A stretch of DNA of 58,982 bases, counting the filler, from Jimgerdemannia flammicorona (lineage: Eukaryota): NCBI GenBank assembly GCA_003990765.1. It is 3 parts of 3 records of this genome, joined end to end, with 100 filler letters (N's around TTAATTAATTAA, not from the genome) between each part and the next. Parts side by side here need not be neighbours in the genome. Positions count along the whole stretch, not along the records: positions 39,395 to 58,982 come from RBNJ01001902.1; 2 more parts are not named here. One strand, given 5' to 3'. The translations under genes and the position numbers were made by a program. The notes beneath the pieces are model-generated. The model was not told where the DNA came from. It did not search any database and was given only the letters and a program-made list of their open reading frames with translations. Below, piece by piece: positions 46,750 to 58,982 of the stretch (position 1 is the first letter of the stretch; each line of letters opens with the position of its first letter).

Positions 46750-49700
46750 ATATATTTGATACAATACCAATCTCTGCCACTATAGAAGAACTAGTTATTA
46801 CCAGCATTTAGACAGAAAGAGAAGTAATCACTTTAAGACTTATCAATTACCCAGCATCAAAAGGATCTCAACCAAAAGTTAGTATAGTTCAAAATCTCTA
46901 ATCAGATCAACCAAACAACATAGGTAGCCCTGTTGGAGATCTTGAAGAACTTGTACAAAAACTAAAAGATCTCATTACACAAGCCCAATATCTTATAGCC
47001 AGATACCCCATACCAGTTCCACCAATCTCATTTATTGAACCTTTACTGCCAGCTCTTGCAAAATTGGAAGTAGCTCTTATAAGAATACCCAGGCTCATTC
47101 CACTTCATCTAAGGTCCAGAATATCATCCTCAAGATATCTAAGTACTCTCATCTCCAGTGATAGTTTAGAAAGCAAATCAGAGTCAGAATCTAAATCAGA
47201 ATCTGGACCAGAATCAGAATTAGAAGAAAGTGTTGATGAAATGGCCACCTCACTGCCAACTTTTGCAGGATATCTAAAGAAAGACCCCAGAGAATTCCTT
47301 GATAGAATTGAAGGAATTACAGCTCTGAGAAATCTCTCAGATGAAAGAAAAATTACCATCTATAAGGCCTAGCTCAGAGAACCAGCCAGAGAAATTTTCC
47401 ACTGAACAGCAAATGACCCACATTCAGAACTGGTGAGACAGATATAAGCAGCAGTATTTTATAAGCTAGAATATGTAGCCATGATTCACTAGCTTATCAA
47501 AAAATATGCAGAAAATGAAACCTGCCATAAGGCTTAAGAATCTATTATAGAGATAAAGAGAATTATCCAGAGCCTTCTTCACAAGAATCTAGAAGAAAAT
47601 ATATACTGCTGGGTTCAATATCATCAACCAAGACATTATAGAACCAATGACCTTTATAAATGGGATTCCTCCAAACATTGCTTAGTATATCCATACCCTA
47701 GACATCAGAAGGTCTAAAGAGCAAGTAGATGCAGTCTAAGAATTCTTTGATATCAGACAAGAAACTACCTAGAGTGATCATAATAAGAAAGAAGATAAAG
47801 AAGACATCCTGGTCAAAGTCCTACAAGGACTCCTCCAAGGACAAAAGAAATCTGAAGAAAGAAGACCAGCCAAAGAAGGAAAGAAGGACAGAAGTGAAAT
47901 CTAAGACCTCAGCTCCAAGTTAGATCAATTGATTGGACAGATTGAAAAACTTACCACACACAAAACTCAGAGTTATCCAGACAATAGAGGGTACTCCCCA
48001 TAAAGAAACCAGGGCCATCTATCCAGAGATAACAGAAGCTATCAGCAAGAAGAAAGAAGATATCCTGTTCAAGACAGAGCTCAAGTCCAATGCTTCCACT
48101 ATAGACAATTCAGATACTATACCACTGAATGTAATAACAAAAGAAGTGACCAAAGGGACTCAGAACCACCAAACTGAAGGAATGACACTCAGTACAAGAA
48201 TACTAAAGCCCATCCTATTGAAGATTTCAAAGAAGCAAGCAATAGTGAAGACTATAGTGACCTAGACTTATACTCTACCAAGATAACTACTCAGAAAACA
48301 GTCTACCTAGCAGAAAAAAGGAAGAGACCTATAGGAAGGCCATCCAGGAATATCAGCAAAAGAATCATCCAAGAAGAAGATAAAGAACATGAGAAAGAGT
48401 AAGTAGAAATACCTCCCTGAACTCTCTCACCTTTTATTCCTAAGACAAATAAGCTATCACCAGAAGATGAAGAAATAGAACAAGAAGAATGGGAACCTGC
48501 TGCCCCAAAACCTAAGAAGAAGTATACCCCAAAGACCATGCCTAGAGATATCTATAATGAAGCCTGGCAGAAGATTCAAGAAGCCAAGATAGAGGTCTCC
48601 CTTCTGCAGTTTCTGCAACTGACACTAGCTGGAGTTTAAAATAAATTGCTAAAAACCACTAGGTCTAGTACTGGCCAGGTCCCCATTCCACAGCAAGAGC
48701 CAGCTTCCATTCCTATCCAAGCTGCAGAAAGATATGTCAGTACTTACCTATATAGAGATATTGGAGAACAAAAGGCAAAAATCCTTATAGACACAGGAGT
48801 AGCTGTTTGTATTATTGCCAAGTAATTCCTGGATACCCTCTAATAGCCCATTGATGGACCATCCAACCTCAGCATTATAGTAGCAGATAGAGCCTGAACT
48901 CAACCCCTTAGAGAAATATGAACATCATTATCTCTCTGGGACACATTCAGTTCTCCATCCCAAAAACTATTGTCACTAAAGTTATTACCTATGATATGAT
49001 CCTTGGCACTAACTGAATGAAGGAAATGAATATAATTGTTGATATCAGTCAACAAGTACTTAGGTTTGACTATCAGGGCAAGAAGTACAGAGTTAAGGTA
49101 ACCAGCTATGAGCAATTGAAGAAGAAGAAGAAGATCACTATCCAGGAAGAATATGCCAGTAGTGAAGAGTCTACTACAGAGGAAAAAGAAGAATCTGAAG
49201 ATGGAAATGATTCCAGACTCAATCCCAGGATCAACCTAGTAAATAACAGACCAGAAGATAATATATAGGCCAAGAACACTGTCCTCATTACCATCAGAGC
49301 CATTGCAGGAGAAATTAAAGGATACTCTACTTACCTCAAGAGACACAAGTGTCCTGAGCACTCCTCCAAGATCATTGGGACAAGAAATTCACCCAGCACA
49401 GCCTGCCCAGAATGCAGAAAGAAGAAAAAGAAATGCAGATATATTCCAGAAATACCTGCAGCTGAAGCTGCAGAAGTACAAGCAATTTAGAGTCAAGAAT
49501 CATCTGAGGAAGAAGAAGTTCCTAACCAAGAAGTTTCTGAACAAGAAGTACTTGAAGAAAAAGAGGTCTCTGAACTCATTTCCTGAGATGACCCTTGCTG
49601 GACACTATCTGAAGACAATGACTCTTGGAATATAGAAGAAGAACCCAGTATAATCCCCATTATTCCTAAGAAAGAAACTCACCAAGAGAGGGAATTTTGG

Positions 49701-52700
49701 CTAGGAAGATGTCCACACCAAATGGTCTTCCACTCTCTCTGAGACTACTGCTACCAGTGCCATCTACTAGACCAATAGGAGAGATAGAGACCCCAGAGAC
49801 CAGAACCCCCAAATACAGTTGTACAGTTAACTACCTTCCAAGAAGTTACCACTAAGTTACAAAGCTGATTCAGAGGACAAAGTCTCTTCACCCAAATAGA
49901 AGTATATCCCTTGTCTACTCTTCTCTCAACTTATGATCAAGATGGATACTGATTCCCAAGACAACAAGAAATTAATAACCAGGAACATCATTTCTAAGTA
50001 ATGGAATATTGTAATTATAGAAGACACCCAGACTGCTGAGACTGCAGACATCAGAAGATTCACCTCAGTCATGATATTGCAATCCATACCTTGAAGAGAG
50101 AAGATAACAGAGGTCAGATCCAAAAAAGCCAAACCAAGAAGCCAGAAAGAAGGACTCTCAAGATCTATAATTTAGGAGAAGATATTCTAGCTCTTATTAG
50201 ATATGTAATCTACCAGGAATAGATAGAGGATGCCACCAACTTCATGGAAGCCCTAGACCCTACAGGAAGAAGAGGAATCAACTATCTCCAAGACCCCTCC
50301 ACTAGAGCCAGATAGCCACACCTCAACCTGAGAACCTGGAGGCTCTTTACTAGTGGAGCCTTAGCCCAAGGACAGCTCAAACTCAGCAAGAATATTGCCT
50401 AGTATACCCTACTATATCTAAAGACCAAACCCCCCAACCAAAGCTCACCCAGAAGATATAGGATATGATCTTTACAGTCTGAAGGATGAATTCATCAAGC
50501 CTGGAAAAACATTCATAATCAGAACCAGACTAGCCATATAGCCACCCTGAGAAGCTTATATATAACTGACCTCAAGATCTAGACTTACCAGACAAGGAAT
50601 AACTGTAGAAGGAGGAACTATTGACCCAGAATATATAGGCGAAATCAAGGTCATTCTACACAACAATAGTACAGAATGGCACCAAATTATTAGAGGACAG
50701 AAGATTACCCAAGCAGTCTTCATGAAGGTCAAGACCCTATAATTATAAGAAGTCTCCAAACTGACTGAAGGAATAAGACAGGCCAAAGGATTTGGAAGTT
50801 CAGATAAGAAAAAAGTACATCTCCTTCAAGTCAACCACCTCAAGAGGAATGTTTCTCAGCAAGTGTACTACCAATCAGTCAAACTGTACAAAAATCTCAT
50901 CTTAGAGCCTGGAGAACAAACCACCTTTGAAATCTTTATACCATCTGATTCCAGAAATCTTTTCTTTGAACCCAATGAAGATATCCCACACCTAGATATA
51001 GAAGGATACACATTCTCTGATAAGATAAATCCAGTATATTTCTGAGCAACCAACCAAAGTTGAGAAACTATCATCTTACCAAAAGAAATCATTATAGGAC
51101 ATTTGGTGCCTTTTCTCAACTGAACTCATAGAGAAGTTTATAAATAAACTTATTGAGAAATGGCAAAAGGTCTCAGAAGAAAGGAAAGGCCCCTCTGTGA
51201 CCCAGGAGATAGTGAAGCCTTCTACCAATATTGGAGAAAAATTGATACCACAACAATGGCAACAACTAGTAGAACTCCTCAACAAATATCAAGATATCTT
51301 CACTACTAATTATAGTAATCTGCCATATAACCCATCATATCACTATAGCATAAATATAGAAAATGCAACATCTATCCAGCAGAAACCCTATAGAATACCT
51401 CATTACCTAAAGACATTCAAAAAGGAGCACATTTAAGAACTCTTAGACAATGGAGTCATCTGACCCTCAACTAGTCCTTGGGCTAGTCCTATACTTATTA
51501 TACTAAAGAAAGAAGAATAGAGACTCTATGTAGATTACAGAAAACTCAATTCAGTTACTGAAAAGGATACCTATCCTTTGCCCAGAATTGATGACCTTTT
51601 GGATCAGTTACAAGATACCAGATACTTCAGTATGGACCTTTTCACAGGATTCTATGAAATCTCCATAGACCCTAAAGATATTCAAAAGACAGCCTTTCTT
51701 GCTCTAGGAAAACTGTTTGAATATCTCTGAATGCTCTTTGAAGTTTGCAATATACCTTCCACCTTTCAGAGGATGATGAATTCAGTCTATGCCTCTTTGA
51801 TCCACTATTGCTTGATTGTATATATGGACAATTCCAACATCTATTCAGCAAATTTTGAAGAACACCTATACCACCTAGAGGAATTCTTCAAGCTCACCCA
51901 CAAGAACCACTTGAGACTGAATGCAAAGAAATGCTACTTTGGGAAACAGAAACTTGAATTCCTTAGATTCATAGTTTCAAAAGAAGGAATCCATACAGAT
52001 CTGAAGAAAACTGAGAAGATCAACAATTGGTCAGTACCCAAGATCCTGAAGAAAATACTATCATTCCTGATATTAGTATCCTACTACAGAAGATTTATCA
52101 AGGACTTTGCCCAAATCGCTGCCCTAATCCAAGTCCTTCTCAAGAAAGAAGTACTTTACAAATAGACAGAATCACAAGAGAAAGCCTTCAAAAAACTCAA
52201 GAACTGCATGACTATAGTACTAATCCTTGTATATCCCAATCTACAAAAGCCATTCATCTTATATACAGATGCTTCCAAAGATGGCCTAGGAGCAGTCCTA
52301 GCCCAAGAAGAATCTGACCAACAATACCATATAATAGCTTATATAAGCTGAGCTACCAATTAGTAGTAGATGAACTATGGCAGTACCAAACTGGAATACC
52401 TTGCAGTTATATGGGCAGTTATTTTGTTCAAGCATTACCTCATTGGAAAAAGATTTACCCTGATTACAGACCATGCAGTTCTCAAATAACTATTCAACTA
52501 TAAGAAACCCACTGAAATTCTAGCCTGCTAGATTCTTATTCTTTAGAATTACAAAATCACCATCATCTACAAAGCAGGAAAAGCTCACAACAACATTGAT
52601 GTACTTTCTTGCCAGTCCTAATAAATCAGAAGAAGGGTGTCTCAAGGAACTATACTCTAAAGGAAGTTTCTCAGACTATCAAGGCCCAAGAAGATCTCAT

Positions 52701-53690
52701 CTGAAAGGAATACCAGAAAGCCCACTAAGGATAAGTAAATATAGAAAAAAAGTTATGAACAATATACCAACATTGGCTCAATCTTAGAATACAAGTCTGG
52801 AACATACTTAAGAAATGTGACACCTGCCAGAAATACTAAGGAAGGATAAACTACCAAGCACTACTGCAACCAATCACATCATTAGACAATATCTTTTAGA
52901 GATGGGGAGTAGATGTAATTAGACCCCTACCAGTTATACCAAGAAGAAACAAATACATTCTTGTATTTATAGAATATCTGACTAAGTGGCCTGAGGCTTT
53001 TCCAATAGAAATCACAGATATCTTAACCATTGTAGGCCTTCTTTATAGACTCACACTCAGATATATAGACCCCCAGCAGAACTCATCTCTGACTGAGGTA
53101 CAGAATTCATCAATAATATAATCACAAGTTATATTCAAATTTATAAGATCCACCTCAAACAGACTACATCATACCACTCTCAGATTAATAGTATGATAGA
53201 AAGAATGAATCAGACCATTAAGAAAGAACTTGCCCAAGTTAGTCCTATCAATTGAAACTTCTGCTTATCTGAGATCCTATGGAAAATTTAAAATACCCCT
53301 GCTATCTCTACCAAACAAAAGCTATTCGAAATGATGTTTGTCAAAAAAAAACCAGAACTACTGATCATGAGAATCTTGGAGACCTTCTCAAGAAGACAGA
53401 ACAGTTATATAATCAGGCCTAAGTTCAGATTACCAATGCCCAAAAAAGACAAAAGAAGTACTATGACCAGAAATAGAAAAACCAGAAGATCAAGATTGGA
53501 GATCAAGTATATACTAGTTTAGAGAAGCATGATTGAAACAAACTTTGCTACCAAATTGGAGCCTAAATGGGAAGGACCTTATCTTGTGCACAATATCAGA
53601 GGAACCAGTATCTACATATTTAAGAGACATGGATGGATAAATCCTAAGAACACTAGTACACACCAATTACCTCAAGATATATCTTTTCCA
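46750..53690 (+). pseudogene. Gypsy-2 gag-pol relic
   Basis: LPTFAG..DPREFLDRIE (gag), ILIDTG (PR), SPWASP, VDYRKLN, YPLPRIDDLL, YMDN, YTDASKDGLGAVLAQ, WGVDV, EYLTKWPEA, KLEPKWEGPY. Confidence 0.9.
50410..50805 (+). pseudogene. dut: dUTPase domain in Gypsy-2 pol
   Basis: GYDLYS, SRSRLTRQGITVEGGTIDPEYIGEIKVILHN, KITQAVF, RQAKGFGSSD. Confidence 0.88.
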
Positions 53691-53749
53691 TCATAAACCA
53701 GACAATTGACCAGTACCTCTAGACCCCTGTTCTGAGTTCATTCTAATCA

Positions 53750-54209
53750 CTTCTAGTTTCCCTTTCACAATTTCAACAAGTCAATGGAAACCCCCTTCAA
53801 CAAATCAAGATCTATCAAGAGAACCTCACCTTGGCCAGATATTTACTATAAGTCCACCAACTGCAGGCCTACTATGCAATTGGAGAACAGTTACAGAACC
53901 TCTCAGTAGCAGACCTGATCTACATCAGAAACTCCACTAGTCTCACCCAGAAAAATACCACTACTGCAGACAGAGTATATATATACAATCTACAAATGAA
54001 ATGTCCCAGTATTGACACAGGCACAATTCCTTCCAAATGATATTTAAAACATAAACCCTGCCACCTACTGGAGCATTATCAACCATGTTGAGATCTTGTT
54101 TCTAGAGGAAGAAGAAGAACCCATTGAATGGAGTAACTCTGATCTAAATGAAGATACTGGTTTGGATATTGATGCTGAAGATGCTTATGCACATTGGAAT
54201 AATGACTAA
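53750..54209 (+). pseudogene. Gypsy-2 accessory ORF (ORF3) between integrase and PPT
   Basis: PLQQIKIYQENL..LQAYYAIGEQL..TTADRVY/TIYK*NVPVLTQAQFLPNDI*NIN..acidic tail..WNND*. Confidence 0.6.
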
Positions 54210-54249
54210 AGGATTGTCTAAGAACAGACTATCCTTTAGTAGGGGCTGA

Positions 54250-55508
54250 TATGATGAGCAACAGAATTATATTGCTGAAATCATAAATTAGCCATATACT
54301 ATATCTAGTACACTAAGCAACCAAGACTGCTTTACTGTACCAACTTGTATATTTAGCCAGAGATACCAGAAATAGTATGTTTACCTGTACTCTCCAGGTA
54401 TATTATATCCTCAAGATACACTATACCCTTAAAGTATACTGTACTCTCAAGAAACACTTGCTATAGTTAGCAATCTATAGTTAGCAACATAGTAACCAGT
54501 AGTAATTATAACTATATAAAATACCCCAGAGACAAGAGTGAATAAACCTCAGCCTGAAATACAAATACCAAAGAAGCCTCTAAAGATTGAGCATTAGTCT
54601 TCTTTCCACTCTATTCTACTTTCTAATACAAAGATTGATTGATTTGCTTACTAGATAAGCCTGAAGTTTGTCATCAAGTTCAAGGAAGAACTTTTCTGCC
54701 TTTTGAAGAGAAATCTGCTGCTTAAGGAATAAGTCACTATATTTTGGTTCACTTACTAGATAAGTCTGAAGAATCTGAGTTACTCATATTCCCAGAGAAT
54801 CTATTATTCTTACCACAAGCCAGTCTTCTGATACAACTTCACAGTGATCTATTTATATAAATGAAGCCAGTCTTTGACATAACTTGCCAAGAATCTGCCA
54901 TCAGTTATTATTCCCAGAAGAACCCCACTGATTTAAAAAGAATCTGCAACCTCTGAGTTACCCAAGTTATCTAAGTTATCTATGCCATCTGAGTTATTAG
55001 TTTGTTCCCAGTGAGCCTAGTGCAGAAGAATCCACACCACTCTCTATTCCCAGTAAGCTACTGAGTATAATTTCCAGTGAACCAATTTAGGAGAATTTAT
55101 GTCAAATTGAGTCATTTGTCAAATTATCAGAATGTTATATATAAGGAATCTACTATACTATACAGAGATTGTCATATAGAGATTATATAAGGAAGCTGCC
55201 AAATTGCCAGACCATTATGCATAAGGAACCTGCTATACTACACAAAGATCATCATACTATACAAGATCATCATACAGAAATTGTATACTTTTAGAGAATA
55301 TCTATATTATATATAAATCACTACTATATCCAAGAATCTGTCCCAATAAAGAAATCACCAGAATCACTTGCAGATATCTAGCTTTGACTATTATACCACT
55401 AAATATTAAGAATATTTTGTTGCTTTTAACAAAGTAACTGAGACTCAAGTCAAACTACATCAAACCTCTAATCTTATAATTTATCTCTATTGAATCAGGC
55501 ATATTACA
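54250..55508 (+). repeat. Gypsy-2 3' LTR
   Basis: Aligns with 45384-46676 (initial TG mutated to TA); purine-rich AGTAGGGG upstream. Confidence 0.93.
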
Positions 55509-58500
55509 CTATATACAAGATAAATAACTTTTACAGATTAGATTATATAAGAATTGGTACTATGGTTATATAGTACTTGAGTTCTTGAAGGCTAATTATT
55601 ATAGCTTTATTCATTTATATAATACTTCTTTCTTGAGAAAAGTTTAAATTAGGGCAGTAATTTGGATAAAGTCCTTGATAAATCTTCTATAGTAGGATAC
55701 TAGCTTTAGAAATAATAGTATTTCCTTCTGAGTCTTAGATACTGGCCAGTTGTTGATCTTCTTGATTTTCTTTAGATCTATATAGATTTTTTCTTTAAAA
55801 ATAATAAATCTAAGAAATTTGAGTTTCTGTTTTCTAAAGTAATATTTCTTAGTATTGAGCCTCAGATAGTTCTTGTAGATGAGCTGGAAGAATTCTTTTA
55901 GATAGTGTAGATATTCTTTAAAATTTACTGAATAGATATTAGAATTATCTATATATATAATTAAATAGTAATATATTAGTGAGATATAGACTGAGTTTAT
56001 TATTCTCTAAAAGATTGGAAGTATATTATAGAGTCTAAAGAGTATTTAGAGATATTTAAACAATTTTTCTAAAATAAGAAAAGCTATTATCTAAATGTTC
56101 TTGAAGTCTATAGAGATCTCAGAGAATCTTGTAAAAGGATCCATACTACTGAAGTATATATCTGATATCTTATAATTGATCTAGGAGATTATCAATTCTG
56201 GGCAAAGGATAGGTATCTTTTTCTATTACTAAATTGAGTTTTCTGTAGTCTATACAGAGTTTCTATCCTTCTTTCTTATATAATAAGTATAGGGCTAGCC
56301 TAGAGACTAAATAACTCTATTGTCTAAAAGTTCCTAAATATATTCCTTCTTGAATATCTTTAGGTGATGGGGTATTCTATAAGATTTCTACTAGATAGGT
56401 GTTATATTTTCTATATTTATACTATAGTAGTATAATAAGTTATATGGCAGATTACTATAGTCTATAGTAAAGATATCCTGATATTTTATAAAGAAGTTCT
56501 GTAAGTTGCTACTATTGCTAAAGGGTCAATTCTTCTTCAATATTAGTAGAAGACTTTACTTTCTCCTAAATCACAGAAAGGTCTTTCTTTTCTTCTAAGA
56601 CCTTCTGCTATTTTTTAATAAGTTTAGTTTATAAACTTCTCTGTATATCTGACTGAGATAGGATACTAGATAGTCTATAATAGTTCCTTTTGGCAGAATG
56701 AGACTATCTCAGCCTTGATATATTACTCAAGAGTATACAGAATTTATCTTATTAGGAAATATATATTCTTATTTATTTAGGTTCTTAATATTCTTATTGA
56801 GTTTAAAGAAGAGGTTTCTGGGATTAGATGGTGTAAAAATTTTGAAGATAGTCTGTTCTTTTGATTCTAGAATGAGATTTTTATATAGCTTAACTAATTG
56901 GCAATATACTTATTAAGAAGTATTCTTCTTAAAATAGTTGACCTAGAGGAGATATACTTCTTTCTTATCTAAGCTTCCAAATCATTTAGTTTGTCTTGTA
57001 CCTTAAGTCAGTTTAAAGACCTCTTGTAGTTAGAGAGTCTTGATCTTTATAAAGATTGCTTATATAATCTTTTACTTTTTTTTTTTTATCTTTTAAGCAC
57101 TCAGATCCTTTATTAACTAAACTATAACAAATATATAGTTCTTATATCACACTGGTAGCTCTAACCCCATCTACCCCCCCCTCCCCCCTACTTTACTCTA
57201 ATACATATGTATACTTCTACTTCTTTACTCCTACTCTTTCAAAAACAACTATACTATTAACTACAGCAACTTACTCACCACTCCTCTCATATATCTCTTT
57301 TATCAGATACTGATAGTGACCTTCTGAGGGCCCCATCTCCTCTACCAGCCAGACAGAATGTCTACCATCAGCTCCTCTCACCTTACTACCTTTTTTCCTA
57401 AGACTATCTATCTCTCATCCTTAAATATATATAGCCAGTAATTAGCTAGCACTATCTATACTACCAATATCCATCCAACAGTAAGTCACTCATTACCAAT
57501 ATACTCTACCAACCACTCTCTTAAGTTATCTCATCTATGTATATTCTTTTTTCTTTATAGATTTAGTTCTATTCTATACTACTATTATTTTGAATGATCT
57601 TGATTTTACTTGTGTATCTAGGGTCTATTTTTTCTCTTTCTATAGTTATTCCTTATCTAGCAAGTCTAGATATTGAGGTTAGTTAGATATAAGTTTCTTT
57701 AAGTAGCTATATAGCTAGTTCTATACTAAGTACTATTGCTCTTTTAGACTTGATAGATTTATTTCTGAGATTGTGAAGATTATATCCTATATCTTCCTAA
57801 TGAGCTTTTATTTGGGGTTTGGCCTTGAGATATAGTAATATATACTTGTAGACAATATCTTTACTAAGTTTGGATTGTCCTTGAGCTGATACTCTAGTAG
57901 ATATAAGCCTTCAGACTCTAAGATTGAGGTGTGACCATCTGGCTCCAGTAGAGGAGTCTTAGAGATAATTAATTACTTTTTTTTCCATAGAATCTAGAGC
58001 TTCTATAAATTTGATAGTATCTTCTATCTATTCTTGATAAGTTTTATATCTGATAAGAGCTATGATGTTATTTACTAAATTATAGATCTTGAGAGCTTTT
58101 TTATTTAATTTCTTGGCTTAGTTTCTTTAAATCTGAGCTCTGTCATCTCCTTTCTTTAGTATATATATAGTAATATCTTGACTATAGTGAATATTCTAAT
58201 ATAGATAGTCTTAGCAGTCTAAGTGTTTTCTATGATTACAATATTTTATTACTCAAAAATACAGTTCTTAGTTATTAACTTCTTGCTATCTTAAGAATCA
58301 GTATTCACCCTTATTATAAGTTAAAAGAAGAGTAGCTAAGAGCTGTACTTCTGTTTAGGTAAAGTGACTTTATCTATTGGCTTATATTTTCAATATTGTG
58401 ATAGTTTCTTAAAAGATAGTTATCTATATAATTGTGATTGAGGATTCTGATCTGCAGTATCTCTATCTTTCTTGTTAGTCCAATAGATAGCACTGATAAA

Positions 58501-58950
58501 GAGTAGAAGACCTTTTGATACTGGTATCTTGCTAGCTAAAAGACTCTTTTCTGGTATATTTTTCATCTTGAGATAATAATAACTATATTTGATTCTTTTT
58601 CAGCATTTCAGTAGTTATCTTCTAGCAGTATCTAGCAAGAGTCATTCTAGGAGATAAATTCAGAGAGTTTCTCCTATTTAGGTACTTCTTGTTCAGGAGA
58701 TTTTTTATTAGATTCTTTTTGATCCCAGATTACTTACACTGCTACAGCTTTAGTTATAGATATCTTTAGAGAGTAATTGTATTTTTTCTTCTTTTTTCTA
58801 TACTCAGGACAGATTGTACTAAGCAAATTTCTTATTTTAATAATCTTGAAGGAATATTCAGAGTACTTATATCTTTTGAGACAGATGGAGTATCCTTCAA
58901 CTTATCCTAAAATAGCTCTAATTGTGATGAAAATAGTATCTTTGATCTAT
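55509..58950 (-). mobile_element. Older Gypsy-2-family element (host): RT, dUTPase and PR-dUTPase spacer, heavily mutated
   Basis: Reverse complement is collinear with ~49200-52270 (e.g. cagattgatgacc/DTYPLPRID, dUTPase segments). Confidence 0.85.
57076..57537 (-). mobile_element. 5'-truncated LINE 3' end inserted in the host dUTPase
   Basis: T-run with upstream AATAAA on the minus strand; similarity to 7491-7825 (ctgagg(a/g)cccc); degenerate TSD tatataatctttt 57061-57073 / tgtatattctttt 57538-57550. Confidence 0.7.
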
Positions 58951-58982
58951 ATATATATTTTTTTTTTTTTTTTTTTTTTTTT

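Larger units (their letters stand above)
45384..55508 (+). mobile_element. Full-length Ty3/Gypsy LTR retrotransposon with dUTPase (Gypsy-2), degenerate
   Basis: ~1.3 kb LTRs, PBS, gag-PR-dUTPase-RT-RNaseH-IN; TSD imperfect (atat/ctat). Confidence 0.93.

Overview
Eukaryotic, intron-containing fungal DNA. The kinase-motif style and the P450 N-terminus suggest an early-diverging (Mucoromycota-like) fungus, which is an inference. Three contigs are joined by artificial N-TTAATTAATTAA-N linkers (19607-19706, 39295-39394). Roughly 60% of the window is nested transposon sequence. A decayed Ty1/Copia (minus strand) is split by a full-length dUTPase-encoding Ty3/Gypsy (9012-17757). A second dUTPase Gypsy (45384-55508) sits antisense inside an older copy of its own family. 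There are also nested L1/Tx1-like LINEs (~34985-39294), several 5'-truncated LINE tails and foldback MITEs. Host genes are two tandemly duplicated six-exon S28 serine carboxypeptidases, a P450 first exon, a secreted Cys-rich/ricin-like protein, a small atypical C2H2 protein and a kinase pseudogene. The most notable observations are: (1) a complete type III hammerhead ribozyme at 34511-34568 behind a TATA/Inr-like promoter; (2) an uncharacterised accessory protein encoded inside the LTR of one Gypsy family and, as an apparent homolog, between integrase and 3' LTR of the other; (3) CPH..CxxC modules plus dUTPase between protease and RT; (4) repeat-restricted C>T/G>A hypermutation that spares the duplicated host genes.
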